A stretch of DNA of 64,000 nucleotides from Patescibacteria group bacterium (GTDB lineage Bacteria > Patescibacteriota > UBA1384 > JBAYJO01): contig JBAYJO010000001.1 of assembly GCA_041665085.1 (NCBI GenBank), positions 40,671 to 104,670 of the forward strand, written 5' to 3'. This document shows, piece after piece, positions 30,644-40,525 of this stretch. How positions within the stretch are numbered: the stretch's first letter is position 1; each line of letters begins with the position of its first letter. Position numbers and translations under genes: made by a program. The notes beneath the pieces are model-generated. The model ran no database searches. It was not told where the DNA came from and saw only the letters and a program-made list of their open reading frames with translations.

Positions 30644-31175
30644 CTTTTTCTAGTAAATTCACTTTGTCATGTCCTGAGGTAATATAAATAACATTTTTTT
30701 TATTTTTAAAAAATAATTTATAAAAATCACTGCAATGTTTCATTCCTTCTGAACCACTCCATACATCCTCAATTATAGTTTTTCTTGGACGATTAATAAG
30801 GCTGAATTCTGGAGTTTGATTCAAATAAATATAATAATCTGGTTCATATAACTTATGTTCTTTTAGGGCGGTTGCAACCCATTTTTTCTTCTCCTTAAAA
30901 TTTCTGGCCAATTTAAATTTTTCTGCCACATAATCCCAAGCCAACATAGACGGGTACCCTCTATCAATAACTGAATTTTTTCTACTTCTTTGGGCTAGAT
31001 AATATTTTTCCTTTGTTTCTTCAAATATTTTTTCTTGACTATCAGAGATAGCAGACTCGTCTAAATGTCCCAATGACTCATTTACTTTTTCAAAATTAAA
31101 TCGGTCTCGTAGCAAATCTGCAACTGTGGTTTTACCACTAGCCGGAAGACCTTCAATTACGAATATCTTTTTCAT
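30615..31175 (-). CDS. P-loop nucleoside/nucleotide kinase-like protein
   Basis: VIEGLPASGKTT Walker A. Deoxynucleoside-kinase-like layout. Confidence 0.5.
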   Translation of the reverse strand: MKKIFVIEGLPASGKTTVADLLRDRFNFEKVNESLGHLDESAISDSQEKIFEETKEKYYLAQRSRKNSVIDRGYPSMLAWDYVAEKFKLARNFKEKKKWVATALKEHKLYEPDYYIYLNQTPEFSLINRPRKTIIEDVWSGSEGMKHCSDFYKLFFKNKKNVIYITSGHDKVNLLEKVEDELKKII

Positions 31176-31710
31176 TTAGTTGAAGCTCCTTTTCTCCCTT
31201 AACCCTTTTTTCCCAAGGGAATCTAATCCATTTTAAGTGGGGGCAAATAAAAGCCACATAAAGACTAACGCCATAATTTGAAGAAGACATATCAAACTTT
31301 TCGTCAATAACAATGGAGCAGATACCAGTGAGAGTGGATCCGCCTTTCTTAATCTTGGCAATTGCCCCGTCTATTGTCACCCCTTTAAAAATAATATCTT
31401 CTACAATGAGATAACGTTTACCTTTTTTAATTTTTGAGCTCATCCCAGTTTCCACAAACTCGCAGTAATCATGCGGAGTGTTTGAGGCAGTTCTTTTGCC
31501 TTGATAGAAAGATAAATCGCGCTTGACAGTATGATGAGAGATGATTGCAGCGGGAACCATGCCTCCTCGAGCCATAACTAAAATCTCATCAAAAGAAGAA
31601 GCATCAAGAGACTCAATACTCTTCAATACGCCATTAAAAATATTGTCCCAGGAGAGGCAAATCACTTTTGACTTATTGCTCATTAATTTTGGCTTATTTG
31701 CAAATTTCAT
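31153..31710 (-). CDS. Purine phosphoribosyltransferase (type I PRTase)
   Basis: ARGGMVPAAI and PRPP-binding YLIVEDIIFKGVT. Confidence 0.7.
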   Translation of the reverse strand: MKFANKPKLMSNKSKVICLSWDNIFNGVLKSIESLDASSFDEILVMARGGMVPAAIISHHTVKRDLSFYQGKRTASNTPHDYCEFVETGMSSKIKKGKRYLIVEDIIFKGVTIDGAIAKIKKGGSTLTGICSIVIDEKFDMSSSNYGVSLYVAFICPHLKWIRFPWEKRVKGEKELQLNEKDIRN

Positions 31711-32390
31711 TTGTTGATTACTACAAATGCATCAAAACTACCTTTGAAAATGGATACTTTTTTGATGTTATATGTGGCACCTAATTTTTTAATCTTACCC
31801 AAAATATTAATTAGTTTTTTTTCCTCAATGCTAGTGATTTTTCCAACTTTTCTGGTTTTATTAACACCAAAATAGTCATCTTTAGTTTCAACAATAATAT
31901 TAAATAATATGTATTTTTTGCTCATTGAATACATCTTAAAAATATTGTATTCCAAATATTTTTGGAAAAATCTTGTTTTCGAATTTAATCCACCTAAATT
32001 AATTACTAGGTCGTATTGAGCTTTAGGGTTGAAGGAAAGAAAATTTTCCGTTTTAACATCTAGTGAATTATTCTTATTCTTGACATAATTAATAAACTCT
32101 GGCACAATATCAATTCCAGTATACTGAACTTTTTTGTTACATTTGTCTTTATAAAAATAATAGAAATTGCCAGTTCCGCAACCAACATCAAAAATAGAGA
32201 AAACTTTTGCGCAATCAATTATGCCAATTGAGTAATTGAAAAATTTTAGACTGCCCTCCTTATCTCTCCAGTCTAAAGACTTTTCCGAGATGCCTGATTT
32301 TTTTATTCTTGCTTGATAGTAAGAAATTATCTTGTTTGAATCAAGTTGCCATTTTTCTAACAGAATTTTTTTATTCAAATTTTGATTCAT
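31707..32390 (-). CDS. Class I SAM-dependent methyltransferase
   Basis: Motif I DVGCGTGNF. Confidence 0.7.
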   Translation of the reverse strand: MNQNLNKKILLEKWQLDSNKIISYYQARIKKSGISEKSLDWRDKEGSLKFFNYSIGIIDCAKVFSIFDVGCGTGNFYYFYKDKCNKKVQYTGIDIVPEFINYVKNKNNSLDVKTENFLSFNPKAQYDLVINLGGLNSKTRFFQKYLEYNIFKMYSMSKKYILFNIIVETKDDYFGVNKTRKVGKITSIEEKKLINILGKIKKLGATYNIKKVSIFKGSFDAFVVINK

Positions 32391-32513
32391 ATATTAGGAT
32401 TCATATTTTAGTTATTTATACAACAATTAGGGGACTTCGTCAAAGAATTGGAAAACTCTATTTTATTCTTAGCCTTGAAAATGCTATATTGAGATTAAAG
32501 ACAGAATGATTAA

Positions 32514-33635
32514 TTGTTATTTATTATATTTCCAATGAAAAAAGTTAAATCTATATCGGCAGGTGGACTTATCTCTAGAAATTTTCAGGACAGGTTAGAA
32601 CTTCTTTTAATTACAACTCTTGATGGCAAATTGACGATTCCAAAGGGTCACATAATTGGAACTGAGACATTTGAAGAAACTGCTGTCAGAGAAATCAAGG
32701 AAGAAATTGGGCTGAAAGAAGCTGCTGTTACCGGTTCTTTGGGAGATATAACTCGAGATGGTATGGAACCTAGCGGGGAATCCTCATTAAAAGAAATCCA
32801 TTTTTTTCTTATGAAAGGATCTGGTTATACTTATCTTCATGAAGAAGATTATGTTTGGATAGAGTTTGATCGTGCGTTGAAACTTATGCAATGGAAAGAA
32901 GAAAAAGAACTGATTGAAGAGAATAAAAAGAAAATTGCCAAGAATGTCTCTGACTATTTTTCCAAAAGCGATTTATCATTACTGTGGGATAATCAATACG
33001 CCAATTATCAAAAAAGAGATGAATTCGCGTTGAAGCCATATAATATAATAGAAGAAACGCTAAGCAAGCTCACACCTAGCGCTACTATCTTTGAGTTGGG
33101 AACGGCCACAGGGAGAGATGCCCTAACTTTCGCCAAAGCTAAAAAATCTAAAATTTTTGGTATCGATATATCCTTGCACGCCATTTGTAAAATGTGTGAA
33201 AACTTTATGTCTTTTGAGCTAGATCACCTGTTAACAACAAAAGTAATGGATGCAGGAAACATTATTGAATCTGATTTACCAAAAAAAATAGATATATTTT
33301 TTGCCAGATTTGCCTTGAATCTTTCTGATATGAAAACTTTTTTTCTCATCAATGAAATTATAAAAAAAATGCCCATTGGAGGATATGTAATTATTGAGGG
33401 CAAAACCAAACAAGACTATGGTATCCTAGAGGGCAAAAAATTAGGACCAAATGTTTATAGAGATAAACACGGCTTCAATATCAGAACATGGGACGAATCA
33501 TATGTTAATGAATATTTTGTGAAGAAACTCAAGCTAAAATTAGTAAAATATAAAAAAGCTAGCTTTTTATGGGGACAGAACAGGGCCAATGTCGCCTATT
33601 TTGTTCTGCAAAAAACCAGAGAATATTGTTATTGA
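32514..33635 (+). CDS. Nudix hydrolase fused to SAM-dependent methyltransferase
   Basis: Nudix box GHIIGTETFEETAVREIKEEIGL in the N-terminal half. MTase motif I FELGTATG in the C-terminal half. Confidence 0.6.
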   Translation: MLFIIFPMKKVKSISAGGLISRNFQDRLELLLITTLDGKLTIPKGHIIGTETFEETAVREIKEEIGLKEAAVTGSLGDITRDGMEPSGESSLKEIHFFLMKGSGYTYLHEEDYVWIEFDRALKLMQWKEEKELIEENKKKIAKNVSDYFSKSDLSLLWDNQYANYQKRDEFALKPYNIIEETLSKLTPSATIFELGTATGRDALTFAKAKKSKIFGIDISLHAICKMCENFMSFELDHLLTTKVMDAGNIIESDLPKKIDIFFARFALNLSDMKTFFLINEIIKKMPIGGYVIIEGKTKQDYGILEGKKLGPNVYRDKHGFNIRTWDESYVNEYFVKKLKLKLVKYKKASFLWGQNRANVAYFVLQKTREYCY

Positions 33636-33667
33636 GAGAAATTATTAATTAATGTTAAAATAAAAAT

Positions 33668-34516
33668 ATGAAGAAAGTTTTGAAAGTGATTTGGAATGAG
33701 TTTATTTATGGGGGGCATTTGCTTGCTCTGGGACCAGTAGCCATTAATTTATCTGTGATGACTGCTTTAAAATTACCTATCAATTTTTTTATTTTAGTTG
33801 GAGTATATCTTCTATCATATATTGTTTATTTTTTCGATCGAATTCAGGATTATGATTTAGAATCATCTCAATTAAGAAAGGATTTGTATAAATTTCATTT
33901 TAAATATCGTATTTATATTTCTGTAACAGTAGTTATTGCCTTATTATTATCAATGTATGCAGCCAGCATGCAAAGTTTTTATTTGTCTTTACTATTTATT
34001 ATTTTAGGTTTTTTCTACGGTATTTTTTTTAAAAAATTAACTCATATTATAATTGGATTTAAAAGTTTTTTTGTCGCAATTCTTTATTCTGGCACGATTT
34101 TGTTTACTCTTTCAGTCATCCCAACCGTTAATAGTTTTGGGTTAAAGCTGATTCTGATTTTATTCTTTTTTTATTTTATGCGATGGTTTATTAATACATC
34201 TTTTTGTGATGTTAAGGACAGGGAAGTGGACAAGAAAATTGGTTATAAGACTTTGGCTGCAGTTTTAACCAACAGAGTTTTTTTAATAACAATTCATATA
34301 ATTAATCTTTTTTCATTAATGTTTTTAGTTATAATGATTTATTATTTTAAATTACCTTATTATTTATTTGGGTTATCTTTAGTTTTTCCTTTCACTGTCT
34401 TGTATTTAAATTTATATCAAAAACAGTATGATTTACAGAAATTAACAAATATATGGGCTGACGCAGAAGTTATAATTTGGTTATTTGTATCAATAGGAGG
34501 GTTTAAATGGGTTTAA
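33668..34516 (+). CDS. UbiA-family prenyltransferase
   Basis: Polytopic. Asp-rich motifs FFDRIQDYD and DVKDREVDKKIG. Confidence 0.6.
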   Translation: MKKVLKVIWNEFIYGGHLLALGPVAINLSVMTALKLPINFFILVGVYLLSYIVYFFDRIQDYDLESSQLRKDLYKFHFKYRIYISVTVVIALLLSMYAASMQSFYLSLLFIILGFFYGIFFKKLTHIIIGFKSFFVAILYSGTILFTLSVIPTVNSFGLKLILILFFFYFMRWFINTSFCDVKDREVDKKIGYKTLAAVLTNRVFLITIHIINLFSLMFLVIMIYYFKLPYYLFGLSLVFPFTVLYLNLYQKQYDLQKLTNIWADAEVIIWLFVSIGGFKWV

Positions 34517-36243
34517 TAGGGTTAGTTTTATTAGTGATAATAATTTTAACTGGTGGAATTTTAGGAATAGCTGTTTATAGCAGCAATAAAAAATCGATTG
34601 TTGGCAAATTTTTTCTATTAACATCCATTAGCATTCTTTTGTGGAATATTTTTGGTTATTTAGGATATTGGACAAGTTCAGATCAATATATAACTATTTT
34701 TTTTAAATTAAATTACTCAGCAGTTGCACTCTGTTTTTTGTCATTTTATTATTTTTCTGTGCACTTCCCAATCGAATTAAAAGAACGAAAACTAATCGAT
34801 TTTTCTATATATTTTTTAGGATTTGTTTTTTTAATTTTATCAATATCAAGTAATTGGATTATTAAAGATGTAAATCTTCTGAGTGATGGTTCTATCAAAA
34901 TGCAAACTGGATTTCTAGGGAATTATTTTTATCTTTACACTTTTATAGTGACTATTAATATTATTTACTCATATTTTAAAAGATATTCTTCATTAGATAG
35001 TGATATAAAATTAAAAGTGAAGTTTTTTATAATAGGAACTTCTTTGTGGGCTTTATTTAATGTAATTTTTAATATTATTGTTTCGGTTTTTGGAAATAAT
35101 TATCGCTATACCCAGCTTGGTGATTTTTCAGCAATATTTTTTATTGGCTTCACGGCTTATGCGATTTTGAAGCATCAATTATTTAATATCAAAGTCATTG
35201 CAACTGAAACTATTGTCGTTTTATTATCGATTGGCTTATTAGTAGAAACTTTTTTGTCCAATACTGTTGGGGAGGGTCTTATTAAAGCGGTGGTGTGGAT
35301 TCTTGCGACTTACGGGGGATATAGATTAATTAAAAGTGTTAAATTGGAGATTCAGCAGGCAGAAGATTTAAGAGCAGTTACTAAAAAGTTAGAAAGTACA
35401 AATAAAGATCTAAATGTTGCCAATGAAGAACTCAAAAAACTTGATAAAACTAAAGATGAGTTTATTTCAGTTGCAAGCCACGAATTAAATACTCCGCTTG
35501 CGGCTATAGAAGGTTATTTATCGATGATATTGGATGAACATATGGCTAAGGTAGATACGAAGGCAAAAGAGTATTTGAAACGCGCTTATCAATCGTCAAA
35601 ACGTCTTGCAGCACTTATTATGGACCTGCTTAATGTATCGCGTATTGAACAGGGAAGAATTCATCTTCAATATGTGGAAACTAATATCTGCGATTTAATT
35701 GAAGAAGTTGTTCATGAGCTTGAAATCAAAGCTGACCAAAAGAAAATTAAAATTAGTTTTGCCTGCCCTGCAAAAGAAATTCCAAAAACATGGCTTGATC
35801 AAGCTAGATTTCATGAAATTATTACAAATTTAACCGGAAATGCAATTAAATTTACTGAAAAGGGAGGCGTGGTTGTTTCTGCAAGCATGAAAGATGATAA
35901 GGTTACAATATGTATTAAAGATAATGGTATTGGAATTGCAAAAGAAAATTTAGAAAAATTGTTTCATAAATTTAGCCAAGTTAATCGAGAAGAATATGAA
36001 AAGCAGGGTTCCGGGCTTGGGCTGTATATTTCCAGAAGCTATGTAGAACTTATGAATGGTAGAATTTGGGCAGAAAGTGAAGGAGAAGGAAAGGGTACTT
36101 CATTTTTTGTCGAAATACCAATTCTAAAAAAGAAACCTTTTGACCCTAACGAAGGTGAAGGATCGGTTATAAGATCAACTCCTGATCAGGAAGTGATGAA
36201 ACAAGTAATGCAAATATCAGAGAAGCATGCGATAAAAGAATAA
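34507..36243 (+). CDS. Sensor histidine kinase with multi-TM N-terminal domain
   Basis: H-box VASHELNTPL, N-box LTGNAIKFT, G1 IKDNGIGI, G2 GSGLGLYIS. Confidence 0.85.
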   Translation: MGLIGLVLLVIIILTGGILGIAVYSSNKKSIVGKFFLLTSISILLWNIFGYLGYWTSSDQYITIFFKLNYSAVALCFLSFYYFSVHFPIELKERKLIDFSIYFLGFVFLILSISSNWIIKDVNLLSDGSIKMQTGFLGNYFYLYTFIVTINIIYSYFKRYSSLDSDIKLKVKFFIIGTSLWALFNVIFNIIVSVFGNNYRYTQLGDFSAIFFIGFTAYAILKHQLFNIKVIATETIVVLLSIGLLVETFLSNTVGEGLIKAVVWILATYGGYRLIKSVKLEIQQAEDLRAVTKKLESTNKDLNVANEELKKLDKTKDEFISVASHELNTPLAAIEGYLSMILDEHMAKVDTKAKEYLKRAYQSSKRLAALIMDLLNVSRIEQGRIHLQYVETNICDLIEEVVHELEIKADQKKIKISFACPAKEIPKTWLDQARFHEIITNLTGNAIKFTEKGGVVVSASMKDDKVTICIKDNGIGIAKENLEKLFHKFSQVNREEYEKQGSGLGLYISRSYVELMNGRIWAESEGEGKGTSFFVEIPILKKKPFDPNEGEGSVIRSTPDQEVMKQVMQISEKHAIKE

Positions 36244-36373
36244 AAATAGTTTTTAAAGTTCATAAAGTCTATAAAGTCGAAAGGGAAAAAGATTACTTCG
36301 TTTTGCTCGCAATGATAAAGGATATGGTAATGCCTAGAGCTAATCACTCTAGGCATTTATGTCTTATGTGAGG

Positions 36374-37342
36374 CTAGTCGTAGATTGACCAGCCGAGTTG
36401 TTTGATAGTGTCGGCAGAGATGCTGAGCTTGACGAGCTCGTTCTTACTGATTTTAGCGTCCCCTCCCCAGTCGATGACTTTCCAGCTATCTTTTGCTTTC
36501 TTCAGAAGATATGTCGTATCACCACCATACTGATGTTCTCGGGCGTCAACTACATAGTTTGTAATAGCGGCATAGTCGCCCGCGATCTTCTTCTGTCTGA
36601 ACCGATCTTTGTATGGCGGCGGCGTAATGCTAAACGGTGGAGTACATATGTTGTAGTATTCGACCGTTTCCTCAATCGTGAGTATTCTCTTGCTCTTCAG
36701 CAGTTTGATCCTTGATTGTTCCCAAAGCCGTTCGGATCTTTCGAGAATCTTCACACCACAGGGGTTGGAAAATGCCATATCTTTAGGGTGTATAATAGGT
36801 ATTTCCCAACTACGGGAGCCGTAGACATCGGTTATGTAGTATCGCATTGCTTGTGCTGAAGCTATTTCCGATTCAAGAATCCATTTACCATCAGATGATA
36901 CTTTGTTCACGATGTCGGTGTTAGCATTGATCATTTTCCGTAGCGATGTATAAGATATGCTCAATCCTTTGATCTTTGGTGAAGCATTACCGCACTCTAT
37001 TTCCCAGCAGTTGTCGGCGACCTGCTTCATGTTTGTTCCGTCGATATTGACCGCATAGAGATATCTCTGGCGGCTGTTAACTTCGGAGATGAAGTAAATC
37101 GACTTATTGTCTGGTGAGAAAACAGCTGATTCAATGAGGCAGATTGGACCGGGAAATTTGCCGGTGCAAATGAGCTTGTTGTTTCTGCCGTCTAGGTTAG
37201 AAACTTGCAATTCATCTTTCTGCCACCCAATATCAGGGCTTGAAGTTCTCACGATGTACAGCATTTTTGGGTTTGTTGCATTGGTTGATGATGTTGCGAC
37301 GAGCAATACCAAAGTGACAAAAAACAGGATTCTTTTATTCAA
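36374..37342 (-). CDS. Secreted beta-propeller-like protein (paralog 1), GC-rich
   Basis: Signal peptide. SPDNKSIYFIS and SSDGKW PD40-like repeats. C-terminus LGWSIYD. Confidence 0.55.
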   Translation of the reverse strand: MNKRILFFVTLVLLVATSSTNATNPKMLYIVRTSSPDIGWQKDELQVSNLDGRNNKLICTGKFPGPICLIESAVFSPDNKSIYFISEVNSRQRYLYAVNIDGTNMKQVADNCWEIECGNASPKIKGLSISYTSLRKMINANTDIVNKVSSDGKWILESEIASAQAMRYYITDVYGSRSWEIPIIHPKDMAFSNPCGVKILERSERLWEQSRIKLLKSKRILTIEETVEYYNICTPPFSITPPPYKDRFRQKKIAGDYAAITNYVVDAREHQYGGDTTYLLKKAKDSWKVIDWGGDAKISKNELVKLSISADTIKQLGWSIYD

Positions 37343-37739
37343 GGAACGGTACCTCCGCGAAGTGATGAGTAGATTATATAACTGAATTGTTTATTTTTCA
37401 ATAGGTTGGATTGGTTGTTGGAATGACAAATAGGGTTAAAATGATTGCTATATTTCGTTCGAATGATAATTAGTGTTATTATAAAATTAAGTCTAATACG
37501 GAATAGTATTAAGTATTAAAAAATAGTTTTTAAAATCTATAAAGTCAGAAAGTAACTGGATTCCAGCTTTCCGCCTAGGTTCGGTGAGATTGGTCACTGT
37601 AATGACAGAAGGGAAAAGATTGCCACGGATGACCTCGCAATGACAGAGGGGACTAAAATGGCAAATGAGTTGGAATGTGATAAGAAAATGGTAAGGCCTG
37701 AAGCGGGGAGCTTCAGGCCTTTGGTTTTGTGCGAGCCGG

Positions 37740-38687
37740 CTAGTCGTTGATTGACCAGCCGAGTCGCTTGGCGGTATTGGCAGTGATGTTGAGCTTGCCG
37801 AGCTTCCTCTTGTCGATCCCTGACTCATCGGAGAAGTAAACGACTTTCCAGCTACCCTGTGTTTTCTTGAGCAGGAAAGTCTCTTCTTCACCGATTCGAT
37901 TCCCTCGTGAATCGACCTCCATTCGAGTTATGCTCGCGACATTACCGATCGATTCGCTTTCTTTGAATTCTTCCCTGTTGGGAGAAAGCGGAATCCCGAG
38001 CGCGGATTTGAGAAGGCAGTAGTATTCGACTGCCTCCTCAATGCTGTACGATTTCTTCTTGAGAAGGTAATCGATCTTGGACTTAAGTTGCGCTATGTGC
38101 AACTTGTCCAACGCCTTCTTTCCGCAGGGGTTGAAGAAGCCGATATCTTGCGTCCTCGTTGCGACCGATAGCCATGTCAGTGAACCATTGGTGGCACTGA
38201 CATAATATCGGAGTTGCCCTTTTGGATCGGTCCATTGTTCAGCCATCCAACATCCATCGGGGCTGACCTTGTTCTCGATCCTCGAGCCGACTACCAGCAT
38301 CTTCTGAAGTGAAGCGTAGCTGATAGTTAGACCCTTGATCTTTTGCGGGGAATTTCCCGCTTCGATCTCCCAGCAATTCGCTATCTTTTTCAGCTTCTTG
38401 CCATCAAGTGTTGAGCTGTAGAGGTACTTTTGTCTACTGTTCACGAAGTAGATGAAGTATATCTCTTTGTTGCTAGGCGAAAAAGTGGCTGCTTCAACGT
38501 ATCCCTTTTCGCCATATAACTTGTTTCCGCAGATCGGAAACCAGTTGGTTCCGTCTGGGTTGCATACGACCAGTCTGGTATTATCCCAGCCGGTCCTTTC
38601 GATGAAGAACATCTTCGGCTGGCAGAGCGCTGACCCTGATATAACTATGGTCAGCAGAATGATGAAAAACGTGACTTTTCTGTTCAA
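37740..38687 (-). CDS. Secreted beta-propeller-like protein (paralog 2), GC-rich
   Basis: ~40% identity to 36374-37342 across the full length. C-terminus LGWSIND. Confidence 0.55.
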   Translation of the reverse strand: MNRKVTFFIILLTIVISGSALCQPKMFFIERTGWDNTRLVVCNPDGTNWFPICGNKLYGEKGYVEAATFSPSNKEIYFIYFVNSRQKYLYSSTLDGKKLKKIANCWEIEAGNSPQKIKGLTISYASLQKMLVVGSRIENKVSPDGCWMAEQWTDPKGQLRYYVSATNGSLTWLSVATRTQDIGFFNPCGKKALDKLHIAQLKSKIDYLLKKKSYSIEEAVEYYCLLKSALGIPLSPNREEFKESESIGNVASITRMEVDSRGNRIGEEETFLLKKTQGSWKVVYFSDESGIDKRKLGKLNITANTAKRLGWSIND

Positions 38688-38996
38688 GATACGCCTCCGT
38701 CAAGTAGTGGGTAGATTATACAATAAAAGAGATAATATTTCAATATCTAAGTGAATTTATTTTGATTTTTAAAATTAATGATATGATAGACTTAAGTTTA
38801 TAAAGTTAAAAGATGAATATTAGTTGGATTCCATCCGCCAGCTGGCGGACTGTCTGGAATGACAAAAGAAAAGATTGCTTCGAATGGATCGCAATGATAC
38901 GAAAAAATAAAGTTTAAATTTTTAAATTATGACATTGAAAATTGAATTTAAATTTTAAATTAGTAAATTTTAAATTAATTATAAATAAGGAGGTAG

Positions 38997-39374
38997 ATGT
39001 ATAAAATTATGTTGGTTGAAGATGATAAAATACTTCAGGAAATGTATAATGCCAGACTTGAAGCAGAGAGCTTTGAAGTCAAAGTGGCTGAAAATGGAAG
39101 AGAAGCAATAAATCAATTAAAGGATTGGCATCCTGATTTAATTTTGCTTGATATTATGATGCCTGAAATGAATGGAATGGAAGTTTTACATTATTTAAAG
39201 TCTGAACCAAAAACAGAAAAGATCCCGGTATTTATTTTGACTGCACTCGGACAATCAAAAGACCGTGAAGCAGGTCTTAAAGCAGGAGCAGATGATTATA
39301 TCGTTAAGTCCGATCTAATGCCAAAAGAAGTGGTGGAGAAGATTAATCAAGTTCTTAAAGTTAAAAGTTCATAA
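38997..39374 (+). CDS. Single-domain response regulator (REC only)
   Basis: IMLVEDD, LILLDIMMP, DDYIVKS. Confidence 0.85.
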   Translation: MYKIMLVEDDKILQEMYNARLEAESFEVKVAENGREAINQLKDWHPDLILLDIMMPEMNGMEVLHYLKSEPKTEKIPVFILTALGQSKDREAGLKAGADDYIVKSDLMPKEVVEKINQVLKVKSS

Positions 39375-39392
39375 AGTTTGTAAAGTCTAAAA

Positions 39393-39737
39393 ATGAAAAT
39401 AAATAGATTTGAGGAAATTATTGCTTGGCAGAAAGCCAGAGAGTTAGTTTTAGATTGTTATGAAACTTTTAATAGTTGTCGAGATTTTAGTTTTTGCGAT
39501 CAACTTAAAAGAGCAGTTGTATCGATAATGAACAATATTGCTGAAGGATTTGAAAGAAAAAGTAATAAAGAATTTAAACAGTTTTTATTTATTTCTAAAG
39601 GTTCATGTGGAGAAGTAAGATCAATGTTAGATTTAGCCATTTCTTTAAACTATATTACTGAAGAAAAATTTGATAAATTGTCTGAACAATCTACTGAAAT
39701 ATCAAAAATTTTATCAGGATTCATAAAAACTCTGTAA
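39393..39737 (+). CDS. Four-helix-bundle protein (23S rRNA intervening-sequence protein family)
   Basis: EIIAWQKARELV ... IMNNIAEGFER ... SKGSCGEV, characteristic of TIGR02436. Confidence 0.75.
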   Translation: MKINRFEEIIAWQKARELVLDCYETFNSCRDFSFCDQLKRAVVSIMNNIAEGFERKSNKEFKQFLFISKGSCGEVRSMLDLAISLNYITEEKFDKLSEQSTEISKILSGFIKTL

Positions 39738-39781
39738 TTTTTCAAGTTTTCTTACTTTATAAACTTTTAACTTTAAGAACT

Positions 39782-40525
39782 TTATGGACTTATTGCAGCG
39801 AAGGGATTATCACGGCCGTCAGAGCCCACTGATGATGGTGTGACGAATTTTTTATATTCAATTAGACTTTGTATAGCTTTTAGCTTATCGATATCAAATT
39901 TAGCGTTTTCAGCGTCACTACTTAAATAATAAACCGTTCCATTTAGAGCAACTGAAACTTTGCCGTCTGAAGGCGAAAGGCTAAGTGATGGCAGGCTGTT
40001 AAATCTTTTGCTTGATTCGAGTTTACAGAGAAAGTCTAAAAAATCTGTGTAAGAACCGCTGACAGTTGCTTGATAACCAACAGCAGTTGCATTGATTGTT
40101 GATGCGTCAGCTGCTTTAGCGGTTGGTATTAATTGATTGTTTTTTGTTACCGGTTCTTCGGTTTTTGTGGCAGGTGCAGGCTCTGATTTTATTTCTGCAT
40201 CAAAGGAGATTGTAGGAATTGCTAGATTGGAGCTTTTTGCCAAGTAATCAAGCTCAAGCATAAATGAACTGTTATCTGATTCATCGGGCATTAGATTATC
40301 TGCTAAAACTCCCAATTTTAATACTTCGTCTTTGTTTTCAATCAGTTTGTTTATTTCATCATATTTTGTTTGCGTTATCTCCAATTCGGAAGATGTGCTG
40401 TCAGATTTATTTTGCCTGTTTGTTAAATTGCTGATTTGAGGAACAATGAAAATAATAATAATTGCTAGCTCAATTAAACTTGAAATAACAAGAATTAATA
40501 TTAATAGTTTATTTTTTATTTTCAT
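39782..40525 (-). CDS. pilO: Pilus assembly protein PilO-like
   Basis: N-terminal TM plus periplasmic domain. Position after pilM-pilN. Confidence 0.5.
   Translation of the reverse strand: MKIKNKLLILILVISSLIELAIIIIFIVPQISNLTNRQNKSDSTSSELEITQTKYDEINKLIENKDEVLKLGVLADNLMPDESDNSSFMLELDYLAKSSNLAIPTISFDAEIKSEPAPATKTEEPVTKNNQLIPTAKAADASTINATAVGYQATVSGSYTDFLDFLCKLESSKRFNSLPSLSLSPSDGKVSVALNGTVYYLSSDAENAKFDIDKLKAIQSLIEYKKFVTPSSVGSDGRDNPFAAISP

Noticed and set aside
37493-37891. 132-aa minus-strand ORF overlapping the end of paralogue 2 and the leader
   Set aside because: It lies in the frame-open GC-rich leader and has a low-complexity Ser-rich product.
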